Shown here: in pieces, positions 51,573-63,746 of the stretch
Layout of the letters: every line of letters starts with the position of its first letter
Numbering within the stretch: the first letter of the stretch is position 1
NCBI GenBank assembly: GCA_043228905.1
Contig: JBHGNT010000017.1
Span: forward strand, 496,001-560,000
From: Azolla caroliniana
Lineage: Eukaryota > Plantae > Polypodiophyta
DNA length: 64,000 nt
Reading direction: 5' to 3'
The notes under the pieces: model-generated
What the model saw: the letters and a program-made list of their open reading frames with translations, nothing else
Database searches by the model: none
Told to the model about the DNA's origin: nothing
Program-made: the position numbers and the translations under genes

Positions 51573-51948
51573 CATTTTTGGTTTAAGTGGAGCTCAAGAC
51601 TTGGTTCCATTAATTGGACTATCATTTATGAATATGTCTTCCCTTAGATTCCTTAATCTAGAATAATATTATAGCGTTGCCTCCTTTTCTTCCCATGGTC
51701 CAAACATGGCACGACATCCATCCCAACAAAAATATGCACATCCTTTAGTATGTACCAAAGTGAGGTGTGACAATGTGCTAGGTAGCTAATATTGACATTC
51801 TTCACCACCTGACCTCTCCTCGTCTTCTCTAGAAACCCTTGTAGCTAGTCACTCATCATTCTGCATACTGAAAATCTTGATGCTCTTTCCCACAATGGGC
51901 ACAACTCAAAATTGTCTCGTCAAGCTCAATCAAGTGATATATAGAATT

Positions 51949-52278
51949 ATTTTTTTCCAAAAACCACTACTTCACATTAGTTAGCAAATAGAATACAACA
52001 AAGTTTGTCCAAATCCACAATGGGATCAACATATTCAACTTGGAGAAACAACTCCAAAACTATAAAACAAAAACAACAAAAAAAACTCAACCGATCCTTA
52101 ACTCAAGCAAAATTGAAATAAACCCTATTTTACTCCGACTCTATAGCTCCCAACTAACTCTTTTCTAACAACATTATCCGAGTAACATGACTATACTAAC
52201 ACACGTTTGTGTCAGCTATACATACATAATTACAACCCATGTACAATATTGGGAGCCATCGGTGGAAACAACCACCTA
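51949..52278 (-). mobile_element. Short 5'-truncated LINE relative (330 bp)
   Basis: 3' end ttttccaaaaaccactacttcacattagttagcaaa matches ~34214-34250. Encodes RWLFP like the ORF2 C-terminus. 13-bp TSD GATATATAGAATT at 51936-51948 and 52279-52291. Confidence 0.85.
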
Positions 52279-53212
52279 GATATATAGAATTGTCATTTAC
52301 ATTTATCACTACATAACGCTTGAATTGTTGTCTTGAAAGCTTCTATAGGGAGCTATTTTGATTGGAGAAGTTACTATCATAAACAAACACTAGATCCCCT
52401 TCCTTTATCTTTCTTGATCACAATCAATGTTTCTTATTGAATTGCTTTTTAATATTTAATAAGGCTTCCTATAGACCTCATATTACCAACTCAGGAAATC
52501 CGAATGGAACCACCCGGGACTTGAACAAGGGAGGATACAAGGACAAGGAAGGTGGGGACGTTAGGTGACTCAAAGGCTCTTTAAATCAAAGGTTCCTTAA
52601 ACTCGAAGGCTTGTTAGAGTCAAACGCTCTTTAGACTTGAAGGATCCTCATGAAAATGTAATGTACGAGTATATGCAATTCCTTGCTCGATGGTGAAAGT
52701 TGAGATCCAAAAAGTCTATCATGAACTCGTGACGAAGTCTTCGTACAAGAATTTGCACAAAATAGTGAAGTAAAATGTATATTAAGATTTTGTGAGCAAT
52801 AATAAGTTCAGGAGAGTGGAAGTACAACGACAAAAGTTCTGAACTCCATTAGATGGAGTGAACAAGTGATAGAAGAAAAACAGGAATAAAGGAATAAACG
52901 GAGAAGGTAACTTCACGAGTAGAGAATCAGGGTGGATATCCTCCAGTTTGGTACAACATCTCAACAAACAACGGTCACGTCACCTTTTGTCGTTGTTGAT
53001 CTCACAACCCTATCTTGCTTGCTTCAGTTTTTGGCAACGCTCCTGAGTCTTTAACTCCCCCCCAACCCACCACAATGAGCTCTCATCCCCTTTTTATACG
53101 ATTCGAGAGGCCCTCCCTTGAACAAAATTAGTGGGTGCTTTTTTTTATTTAGCATGAACGATGCTTTTTTGCCACTTGCTTGCTCTACTTTTCTTTTTGT
53201 GCTTGATGCTAG

Positions 53213-53322
53213 CAAAAAGGTAATTATAACCTGTCCACCACCACATTCATTTATTTGTGGACCAAGTAAGACTCGAACCTCGGATTTCCCACTCATAGCA
53301 CATGCTTTAACAAATTACGCCG
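53213..53322 (-). mobile_element. tRNA-derived SINE-like element
   Basis: On -: GGCGTAATTTGTTAAAG (A-box-like), GGTTCGAGTC (B box), ending in a T-run. No full cloverleaf. Confidence 0.55.
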
Positions 53323-53439
53323 AACCTTTTTACTCTCCAACTCCTAATATGTTTTTCTTTCCTATTAGACCTTGATCTACCATTCAACTTTTTTAATATT
53401 CCTAGTTTAACTTAATTCCTCCATTCATTTCTCACATCA

Positions 53440-53865
53440 CGACAACATGAGATGATCTTGTGCTCAATGGGCATCACCAACTTTTTCCCACGCGTAAGTT
53501 CTGTTGGCATGTAACTCATTATGGTGTTATGAATGGTTTTATCCACCCACAAGGATTAAGACTACAATAATGACTTATTTTCCCACCGGAGTTTTTTTAT
53601 ATGAACTCTATTATTTGCAAAGCTATGTCCAAGCTCTACCTATACCATTGATCTTGAGGTTATATGCCATTGTGAGAGAAAACTTGACATCTAGGAATGA
53701 AAAGAGTTCCCTTACTTCATTGACATCCAACTCTCACTTATTAGTCACAATCTTCCCTACATTTGTACCATCAAATAACATATTATTGGAGAAATTCCAT
53801 ACTGTTTCAATTGCCTTGTTTCTTAAACCTCCACTTTGAACTTGTTTTGTGAGATCCTCCCTAAT
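53440..53865 (-). pseudogene. Degenerate Ty3/gypsy integrase fragment
   Basis: Piecewise translation EDLTKQV...VGKIVTNK*ELDVNEVRELF..LDVKFSLTMAYNLKING...LWVDKTIHNTIMSYMPTELTRGKKLVMPIE, with stops and frameshifts. Confidence 0.7.
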
Positions 53866-55374
53866 TATGCAAGAGAGCCAATATGAGGTCACTATGTGAG
53901 ATTGTTATCCTCTTATAGGCAAGACAAGTGAGAGTAGATTACCACTCTCGAGATACTAGATACTAGTATGTACGGTAGATACATAGCCAAACTCTAATCA
54001 CTCACTTAATCATGCACTTGATTGATTAGCACATAGTGCAAGACATAAGAGACTTCACTAAACTTCTTCAATACTTAGAAAAAAGAAGTCATGACAATGA
54101 CTCGATCTTTTGGAGATCATTGTTTCTAGAACTAACGTGTCTTATGCTTATGCATGGTAGCTATATGCCAAGGTTATGTTTGTTGTTGTGTAGTGAGGTG
54201 ACATACATGTTTGTTGTGATGTTGGTATGGAGCCTAATATGGACGACACATTTCGTGTTGTTAATGTTAGGACTACCATGATATTTGTATTTTCTCCCTT
54301 TGTGTGAGTGTTTATGTCATCAATTTTCTTTTATCCAATATTAAATATTTTATGTTTGACTTGATATATATTTTAGTTAGGAACTTATGATGAACACAAT
54401 GGCATGTTTAATTTTCACGTGATACTAAAATATGTTGTAATGACGTTTTTGCATCATATTGTGGAAACTCCATGAAGAAGAGACATTGAGACAAAGAAAC
54501 AACAAATCAAGGCTTTGATGCTTAATGTGTGTCTTAATTTTTCATGTGTGACTGAAATAGGTTGTCATGAGACTCTTGGATCATGGTGTGAAAACTCCAT
54601 CAAGAAGACACACTACAATATGCAAACAATCATGTTATAGTGTTTTTGATGATTGGAAACACATCTTGCACACCATGTATTTTCTCCCCAAGGGAAATTG
54701 AGGGAAATGGTTGGAACCCAATCTCCTCATGAAAAGAAGAGATGAGCTTTATTAGACAAAGGGAAAAGTTAAAATCCAACTTTTATGCCACCTCTCCAAT
54801 TCATTTAGAATTGTATGGGGACCAATTACCAAATTGGCAAAAGACTAAAAAATGCTTAAGAACATTAGATACATATGGGGAACTTGATAACTTGATGTTA
54901 ACACTCATATGATTCTCTACTTTTTATATCATCCAACATAAGTAGATATCTTAAATGAATCCTTTAAAGGAAGACAAATTTGCGTAACCCAATTTTGTGG
55001 TATTCCGTGTTTGAGCTTGTAAACAATATGCTAATGTGAAAGGACTCAACCCCATAGATACATATTTTGCACCATTGTATGCAAAATTTAAATAGGGCAA
55101 ATACTCCTTTGAGATATTTTGTACAACGTTAACTTGTGATCTAATACATAACTAGCACATTCAATCGGCGAGTTCATGAAAAGTTGAATATGATAGTATT
55201 CCTATAGATATGAATTCTTGACTACCACTACAAATAGATATTTGGAATTTCGGGAGTTGCATTCCAATTTTTTGGTTGGTGATCGTAGAATGATTTGATA
55301 GTTTTCTAACGCTACTTTGGATGTACATGTATAGGTGTATCTCCTTCCGTAAGGATCTTTGGTTGGCCATTGAC

Positions 55375-55460
55375 TTTGTTTGAATGTTGGAAGTATATTG
55401 ACCTTTTCATCTAATTTGTTTGAATGTTGGAAGTATGTTGGACCTTTTCATCTAATTTGT
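55375..55460. repeat. ~40-bp tandem duplication
   Basis: tttgtttgaatgttggaagtat(a/g)ttg(g)accttttcatctaa occurs twice. Confidence 0.85.
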
Positions 55461-58400
55461 ATGTTGTAAGTTTGTAACCAATATGGCTTTTCTTAACTTA
55501 TGGAAGGATATTCTTTTTTGGAAAACAAAATTTGTTCATGTGTTTTAGGACTATAAATTGCACCGAATATAATTATTGTGTTCAACTCCTTGAGCACCCC
55601 TCTCATCCAAAAAATGATCGATAAATATTTTTAGAACACAATCATATACAAAAATATTGGTCCTCTAGGAGCAATGAGAGTACTTTTTTGTGGCAATATA
55701 CATACCCACTTTGGTGACATATTGTTGTTGATCCAATCACACGTATGCAATTTGCAATGATTGTATTTTCTTGAGAATGGGACATTTAGCTTTGAAAATT
55801 CACAAAGATCCTTGTACAAGTGCAAGTACTAGTAAACTAACGGCGTACATGGGTAGACAACTTACATATTGATGATTTCTACCACTTGATCTATGACGTA
55901 AAATGCCATTCTTAATGGTAAAAGTCTTCTATTATATTTGTTCGTTAAGTATAGGGGCATTACTATTGCTACAATCAATGCCAATTAGATTGTACAACAT
56001 GCCACATCCATGTTTTATGTTGAGAGATTAGGTCTTGTATAACTCATCTAACACATTATCCAAAACAACAATACTTAAAAAAGGTCTCATCTTAATCACA
56101 AGACAATAACATAGTTTAACATGCCTTGTAAGTCAGAAACAAATGGGCAATGTAAGTAGATCTTTTCTATTTTTGGAATGTCATCTGACCACATAATGTT
56201 GATATTACAAATATTAGGATTATTGTGGACATTACAAATATCAGGATTGTGTGCCACCCTCTTAACACCCATATGCACAACAATTGTGGTTTTATTCATA
56301 AAAGTGGTTGTATTGTTTTGAAAGTTACAGTAACTACTCTGTGAGAGAAAAACCTATTTGGTAGTGCAACTATGCTTGATCAAGCATCACATCGAGTTGA
56401 TTTATGTATGCACAATATGAGTGTTGATGCATATATGTATAATGTTCTTGATCTCGAAGAAAACATTGTTACCTTGTGCATTTTGCATGTCTTGGTACCC
56501 CTTGCATCATGGAGACCACATATGTATGACTCATGAAGAATTGGGGATATCAACTTCTAGTTGTGTCATCCACCAAAACATGCACAGTGTTGCCCATTAA
56601 TAAAACATAGAAACACATGTCAAGACTCAAGAGAGACCGTATACTTAAAATTTATGGAATACATATATTGCTAATTAATATTTCTCCAAATGGATGTGTT
56701 TTGTGGGTTGTCAAGCATAATTTAGTTCCAGTTGATATCTCATTTCACAATTAAGATATATTATGCCATCAATGCCCCATGAGTATGGACCAAATGCAAG
56801 AGAATTTGAACTTTCTCAATGCTTGCCGATTTATCTTAAGTTAGCAAAGAGAAAGTATGATGTCATATGACAATGTCAACCAATATTGGGATATGTGTGT
56901 TGTTCTTGACAATTGATTGACATTTTTACAAATTTGAAAGAACACCATGTTTGGTTTGCTTGAGCTCATTCCTACATGAAAGTCTTGCGCACACAAATAT
57001 AGCATTACTATGTTTATAATGGGTTCCTTTATCATCCACGCTCTATCTTATACACCTTCCATTAACCCACATTGTGCTACACAATTATGTAGGAGGACAT
57101 CACGTCACATGCATGTTTTCTACTCTTGGTAGAGTTTATCTCTATTAGAAACAACTATATGGTTCACTTATAGTCTATAGACAAGAACTATATGATATTC
57201 CTCTGTTTTGGATGGGGCATTGCCACCTTGCATAAGTTCACCAATAACTTATTCACTAGTGACCACATCGAGTTTTGTCTAGCAACTAGTCTCTATCGAT
57301 TACCTTGAGTTTCTTCGAGTACTTGTTTCAGATGGGATTAGGCTCCCTAATAACTTGTTTACGACCAATTACCCCATGACATTCTTCAAGCACCAAGTGT
57401 CGATATATCTTTACTACCAATTGCCTCGGGAGGTTTCTAATGGTACCTTGTCTCTATTCTAAGTTTTTCTAACTTATAAGATTAGGGGTTGGTGTTATTG
57501 TGGCATTGGCACATTGACACCAAATGACATTGGACCATGAGTTATGATGGATTGCTATTGCTTTAATGATGATGACCATGCAACACATGGAGGACCTTAA
57601 GTTCATAGTTCTATTGATCTATGTGTATGTATGTATGTATGTATGTATATGAAGGACTCAACGCCACGATAAAGCCGTTCTTCAACTTTGGGTTGAGTTT
57701 CCCTTCCAAAACAAATGAAATTGAATTCAAAATGTCCACCAATTTTAGCGGTTTGCCAAGTTTGGTGACTGTCAGTTGGAAACGAACTCCACCACATTTC
57801 TCTCTCTCTCTCTTATATATATATATATATATACATGCATTGTCAAAAAACAAAAGGTCAAACCAAATTAGTTAATTGCTTCTAAGTACATCTTAATCCC
57901 AATACTAATCACAGCTGGGTGCCTCTCCTAATTACGTAAGCTCTTCAGGTCCTACTTACTAATCACTATCACCATCACCCCTCTAACAACCCATCTAGCA
58001 CCCTCTAATCATCGTATCATCATGTAGAACTCTCACCAATATTTATATAAAAACCTTTGGATCATTAATAACCATCTAGCATTGCTTATTTATTACCAAT
58101 ACTTGCTGCTACAAATGCGAGCATGTACTTGCTAATCATCACCAAATGTAGTAGCATTAATCTCATTAATCATCATTAACCACCATGAAACATTTTGTTA
58201 ATTATCATCATGCAGTAGTATTGAGTAGCCTCAATAATCAGCATTAACCAGCATTAAGCACCTGCCAGTCGTCTTGGAGTACTACCACATAACTTGCTAA
58301 TCATCACCAAGCACTGGAATCATTATCCTCATTAATCATTAGCCATTGCTCACTAATCATTGGCATCAAGTGCTACTAATATTCAATATTTGATACACCT

Positions 58401-58621
58401 GTAGAGCCCCACCCATCATACTCGAGTAGCTCCCACTCATTGCTAAATACTTGCTAAATATTTATCAATCACTCCCTAATCATCATTCAGTGCTAGACTA
58501 GCCATCAGCTGGGCACACTAATCACTAATCAGGAGCGATGAGGTGCAGTCATTAGAGCCTTGATTGAAGGTGATTAGTGATTCAGTAATCGAAGGGGATT
58601 AGTGTTTGATTAGTGCTCAAA

Positions 58622-60064
58622 ATGGACAGGCTGGGCAGCTCAAATCATAACCAGCAGCAGAGTCATAACCCTAATCCAGATCCCAACAATCCAAATAACA
58701 ACAATCTGAGGCTATGCTTGGGGAAAGTGTTACCGCTGTGGCTAGCCGTGTTAAGATTAACCAGGATTAAGAAATCTAACTCTAACCCTAAATTCCAGTC
58801 CAGATCGTTAAGAAGTCGATCGCCCCTACACAGTCATCCTGCCATCGCTTACCACAGAACCAACGACAGTGATGATTCCATGTCCTCCTCGACCCCGCAC
58901 AGCATTAACCTAAATCCATTCAGAGCCATGCGATGCGGATCTCTGAAGACGGAATCCTCCAGATTCTCCTATTCCCCGGAGCAGAAAGAAGGTGGTTTCG
59001 CGATCAATCAGGGAAGCGCTTTTCCGGCGATGGAGGCAGGGTATCCAGGTAATCATGGGAGCGGTTTTCCGGCCGAGGTGGATGGTTTTCTGATACATGG
59101 GGGTGCTTCCAAACCGAATCAGACGAGTTCCGGTTTCCTTGTTAATCAGAAAACCGGCGACAGAAATGGGACTGTTCCAGGGGTGTTTCAGTTTAATCAG
59201 GAGAGACATGCGAAGATTAATAATCAGGCGGATCTTCCAATCCGCGGGAATGGTTTCTCGGTTCGCCAGGGTAGATTCGAGTTTGATGACAGGGATTCAA
59301 TGATTAATCAGCGTGATGATCAACTGTTTAAATCCAAGAGTAGATCGAATCCGAAGGCATTTGATGAAAGACTCTGTGTTCGGAATAATCTGCTCAATTC
59401 AAAGCTTACTGACCCTGGTTCTCATCTTAATGTAAGGAACACGAAGTTTAATCAAGATCGAATTAGCACAGACAGCACACTAATCACCGATTCGGATGCG
59501 AATTGCCCCACTAATTACTCCAGTACCTTTGATTCAACGATCAGTGCATCGTCAGAATCTGATGAGTTCTACGAATCCGATGGGGAATCAAACGTTATGA
59601 GGAGCATGGATCGTAGCTATAGCGTTAATCACAGAGCGGAAGCCTGCGCCAGTGATTTCTGTAGCGAGAATGGAGGTGTCAGTCAGCGCAAAGATGGTGG
59701 TAATCATAATTATATTGCTAATGATGGAGGTAACGGTGGCGATGGCGATGGAGGTAACAGTGATCTTGGTCATGGCGATGGCGATGGCGAGATGATTGCA
59801 GCAGAGGAGATGGAATCGGAGGATCCGTTCAGGGATTTCGTGAGGTCGATATGTGAGATGATGGTGTGCTATGGGCTGAGGCGAAGCCAGGATGTGGAGG
59901 CTCTGTTCCTGCAGTTCCTGCGCCTCAATCACCCCTGCCACCACCGCACCATCGCCCTCTCCTTCCTCCATGTCCTGCACCACCTCCACCATCGCCATCG
60001 CCATCGCCATCGCCATGGGCATGCTCCGGATCATGATGAACAATATATCCATCCATTCTACTAG
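58622..60064 (+). CDS. OFP: OVATE family protein (transcriptional repressor), intronless, 480 aa
   Basis: C-terminal OVATE domain SEDPFRDFVRSICEMM...VEALFLQFLRLNHPCHHRTIALSF. N-terminal LGKVLPLWLAVLR resembles the short conserved N-terminal motif of OFP1-type proteins. Long low-complexity linker. Confidence 0.88.
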   Translation: MDRLGSSNHNQQQSHNPNPDPNNPNNNNLRLCLGKVLPLWLAVLRLTRIKKSNSNPKFQSRSLRSRSPLHSHPAIAYHRTNDSDDSMSSSTPHSINLNPFRAMRCGSLKTESSRFSYSPEQKEGGFAINQGSAFPAMEAGYPGNHGSGFPAEVDGFLIHGGASKPNQTSSGFLVNQKTGDRNGTVPGVFQFNQERHAKINNQADLPIRGNGFSVRQGRFEFDDRDSMINQRDDQLFKSKSRSNPKAFDERLCVRNNLLNSKLTDPGSHLNVRNTKFNQDRISTDSTLITDSDANCPTNYSSTFDSTISASSESDEFYESDGESNVMRSMDRSYSVNHRAEACASDFCSENGGVSQRKDGGNHNYIANDGGNGGDGDGGNSDLGHGDGDGEMIAAEEMESEDPFRDFVRSICEMMVCYGLRRSQDVEALFLQFLRLNHPCHHRTIALSFLHVLHHLHHRHRHRHRHGHAPDHDEQYIHPFY

Positions 60065-60081
60065 GACAGTGATGATCCATT

Positions 60082-60352
60082 GCTGCAGAGGAGGAGGAGG
60101 AGGAGGAGGATGAGCGGAGGGGATTAATTGATTAATTAGAGACTCACTAATGATGCGTCCTAATCACGTTTAATGCAGAGGAGGAGGAGAGGGTTAATTG
60201 ATTAATTAGGGACTCACTAATGATGCGTCGTAATCACGTTTAATGCAGAGGAGGAGGAGGAGGAGGAGGAGGAGGAGGGGGTTAATTGATTAAGTAGGGA
60301 CTTACTAATGATGCGTCCTAATCACGTTTAATGCAGAGGAGGAGGATTAATA
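60082..60352 (+). repeat. Three tandem ~65-90-bp units with variable (GGA)n in the OFP 3' region
   Basis: tgcaga(gga)n...ttaattgattaa(t/g)tag(a/g)gact(c/t)actaatgatgcgtc(c/g)taatcacgtttaa occurs three times. Confidence 0.92.
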
Positions 60353-60785
60353 ATAATTAATCGCAGTCAGTGCGGTGCATAAATTATCAAATGAAATTTT
60401 CCAAAATTTAGGGGTTTTTGTTATCGCGTTTAAAGTTTTTGTGACGAATCCACGACTGACTTCGTCTAAGGGTGGTCTCAAATGAAGGATGAACCTATGT
60501 AATGTATCAGTCAGTATGTATGTATAGTAACTAACTAACCATAGTTGGCTTAACTATGGTTAGTTGGTTGTAACTATGGTTGGTCGGTTGTAACTATGGT
60601 TGGTTGGGTCTTCGACAAAATATGTAAAAAAACCATAGTATGTATGTGTATGTATGTATGTATGTAATATGTGTGTTTGTGTTGGTTTGTCTTTGACAAA
60701 AATAAAAAACAAAACGGCACGACAATACATACATATAGAGAAAACAAAGAAAGTAGAAAGAAGTTATACATATGTACATATTTAC

Positions 60786-60823
<38 letters not shown>

Positions 60824-63746
60824 GGGCGGCCAGATTATAATCAATCCTCTTCCAAATTTGTGGATGGACAACTTGGACTCTTTATGGACTTTTCCAATTC
60901 AAAAATCCTTCTCTTTTGGAAAAAAAGTTGTACATTGCAACAATTTAAATTCCTAACACCATGGTTCACAAATTAAAACGACTTCTTCTTCTTCTTCTTC
61001 TTCTTCAACACACCAAATGATGAAGGTTTGTTGGTCCTTGTCTAATGCCTGCCACTCAATCAGTCTACATTTCATATTGGATATGGTGGTGTTGTCCCCC
61101 TCTGGCCCCCCTCCTTGGATATATAAAACCTTCATGAAGTATGTGTATGCAGAACAACTTCATGATTTCAAGGTTGAGTTGCATCGAATGAATGAATACC
61201 GACCATTCCGATCAACATATCTCTTATTGTAATGGCATTATTGCGATCGCGTGTTCCATTCCTTAAGGGAACATTTGTTTTCTTGTGTAGGCCGCCCAAG
61301 GAACACTTCTCATTAAAAAGTTGTTCAAACATACCTAGCAACAATATGCTTCTTCGACATCCCATAAATATTCAATGTCTTCACACAAAATCTTATTGAT
61401 TTCATGTTACTTTTTAACAAATAAACAATCGATGCATGCAGACATATAATAACATGACATTTTCCTCGTTATGTTAAAATATGTGATTTCCAAATCTAAC
61501 AAACATTTTGTTTAGTTACATTAACCCATAAGTAAGGCCGCATGCATGATAGTCTCTCACACTAACCAAATTATGGCATTTTCTCCTTTTCAAACCATGT
61601 TTTGTTCTTGGGAGGGACATTGTCTGGACCCGCCATTGTACTCTCATGAGCATGGGTATGGAGACCTATTTTATGTGGATTGCTCACTACTGGTGTATAC
61701 CAATGAAAGTTTAAGTTAGAAAATGGTACTTAAGATTGTTAGTGGACCAACAATCAACACTTTAAGTACCATTCAGAAGGGACATATACGTTCAGTTCGG
61801 TTGAGATTTTTGTGTAGGCAAGTTTACTACCATAACCAATAATTAGGGTGAACAAACAACTATTTGTGGTGTTATAGCTAGCAAATCCTAAGTACTTGCA
61901 TTTCTATCTTATGGGTAACTATTACAAATATATTTTGCCTCCAATTGATGCTTACTAGAACCTTCGGGGTATGTTTTACATAGATATAAAATTTTCTTTT
62001 TTGTTGCACAGTCCAACACCGAATGTGACATAGTCAAATTTGACGACTAGAGAAAAAAACACAATTCTTGATAAAGATAATGCAATTGTATATCCTGAGC
62101 CGTAATACTAAGAGATTATCGTCCTATGAGACCACAATTTGTATTGGTGTGGGCTTATGTCATGATGTCCTAAACCTTTCAAGTGTATGTGCATCATCAT
62201 CAAACAATACCGAAACAAGAACAAGGAACTACATGAAGAATAAATTTCTCTTCACTAGTCGATAAGGACGTGAAATGGCGAAAAGTAGTATTGCAATATC
62301 TTTAGAAATCCCTAGGGTGCTAGGGATCGTAGATGAGCAATGACGGGATTCACAACACCGGGGAAATGCAAATTAGAATTATCTCATAGGATATTTATGT
62401 TCCAAGTTGCCAAGGGGAGTATCATCTCCACGCATCCAACTAACAATTTCTTTTGTCAAGCAAAGTCTTAGCCTATGGATTGAAGTATTTTTTATTATTA
62501 TCTAGGCTCTCTCTATTACAGAATTTGTTATTGTCATGGGGACAAAAGAGGAATTACAACGGGTAGAGGCTTTGCTAGAGATGACAATTGATGGGAATTT
62601 TATGTTCTATTTAAAACAATTTTAGGCACTTCTGCGTCTGAGTCTAAACATCCAACGTGTTTTTAACCCAATTGGGGGCCCATTGGCTATCTAGGTAAGG
62701 AAGCCATGTGTATGTTGTAACACCATTCTAGCAATTTCACATGATTTCATTTGCACATTCCCACATGCTCCAGGTCGACAAATCTAAATCTTCAATTTTA
62801 CATGTGGGCGCTCAACATTGAATAGATTCCAGGGGAAATTCATCGTAACCAGCCTAGGCATTTACGAATATACCCACCATATGCTACAAAATACAATAAA
62901 ACACCTGCTATCAACAAATCCTCAAATACACTACTCTACTCGACCAAAGTTCTTTGTCCCTCTGTATAGTGTGTCTTTATCTCTCTGTGTGTCTAATTTG
63001 TCTAGTTCGGGAAAGAGGGAAAGAGGTATGTATTTGTTGGGATTGTGGAAGAACCTGCATATTAGGCTATAGCTAGCTAGCTAGTAGTAGTTATCTATCT
63101 ATAGCTAGCTAGGTACAAAGAAAGATTGGCCTTGCTTGTTTTGGGTAGGAAATAGGATAGATAGATAGATAGGCTTTGGATGGATGCCTTAAAAAGAGAC
63201 TAAGAAAAAGAGCTTCTTCTTTTTGTTTTGTGTGTGTGTGTGTGAGTGACAGTAAAATGTGTGCAAGGGAGGATTCGAACCCTGTTTCTGTGTGTATGTG
63301 TTAATCAAAATTATATTTCTAGACCCCCACCCCCTACATATTTTAATCCTTATCCAATTTTTCAATTTTTTGTTTTTTAATCCTTATCCAATTTTTCAAT
63401 TTGTTCTGTTTTGTTTTTATACATACTTATTTCAATTCCTGCATTAGATTAAATCGCTTCCCACATTAATTAATTCGTTCCTTCATTTTCAGACATGATG
63501 TATGCCCCATTTCATATATTTATACTGCTATCAATGGCGGGGAACAGGGTAGGCTGCCTCTGAACAACACAAAAGAATAATTAAGTGGATGATTAAGATC
63601 CCATTTTAGTCCTTTAATCTCACCCTTGAATAGTTTGGTCACACAAAACTTGATTCCTGCAACCGATAATAGGCCTTGATTAGTGCTTCAACCCCCTGAT
63701 TAGTTTGATCAGACCATCCTTTTGATTCCTGCGACTAATAATAGCC

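Noticed and set aside
59588-60052. Antisense ORFs over OFP, F-box, copia and LINE
   Set aside because: Shadow frames of real coding sequence with no independent motifs.
60082-60352. CRISPR-like repeat-spacer array
   Set aside because: The spacers are just (GGA)n, the context is eukaryotic and there are no cas genes.
63270-63283. tRNA gene suggested by GGTTCGAATCC on - (weaker B boxes near 32930 and 27462)
   Set aside because: No cloverleaf; at most SINE debris.
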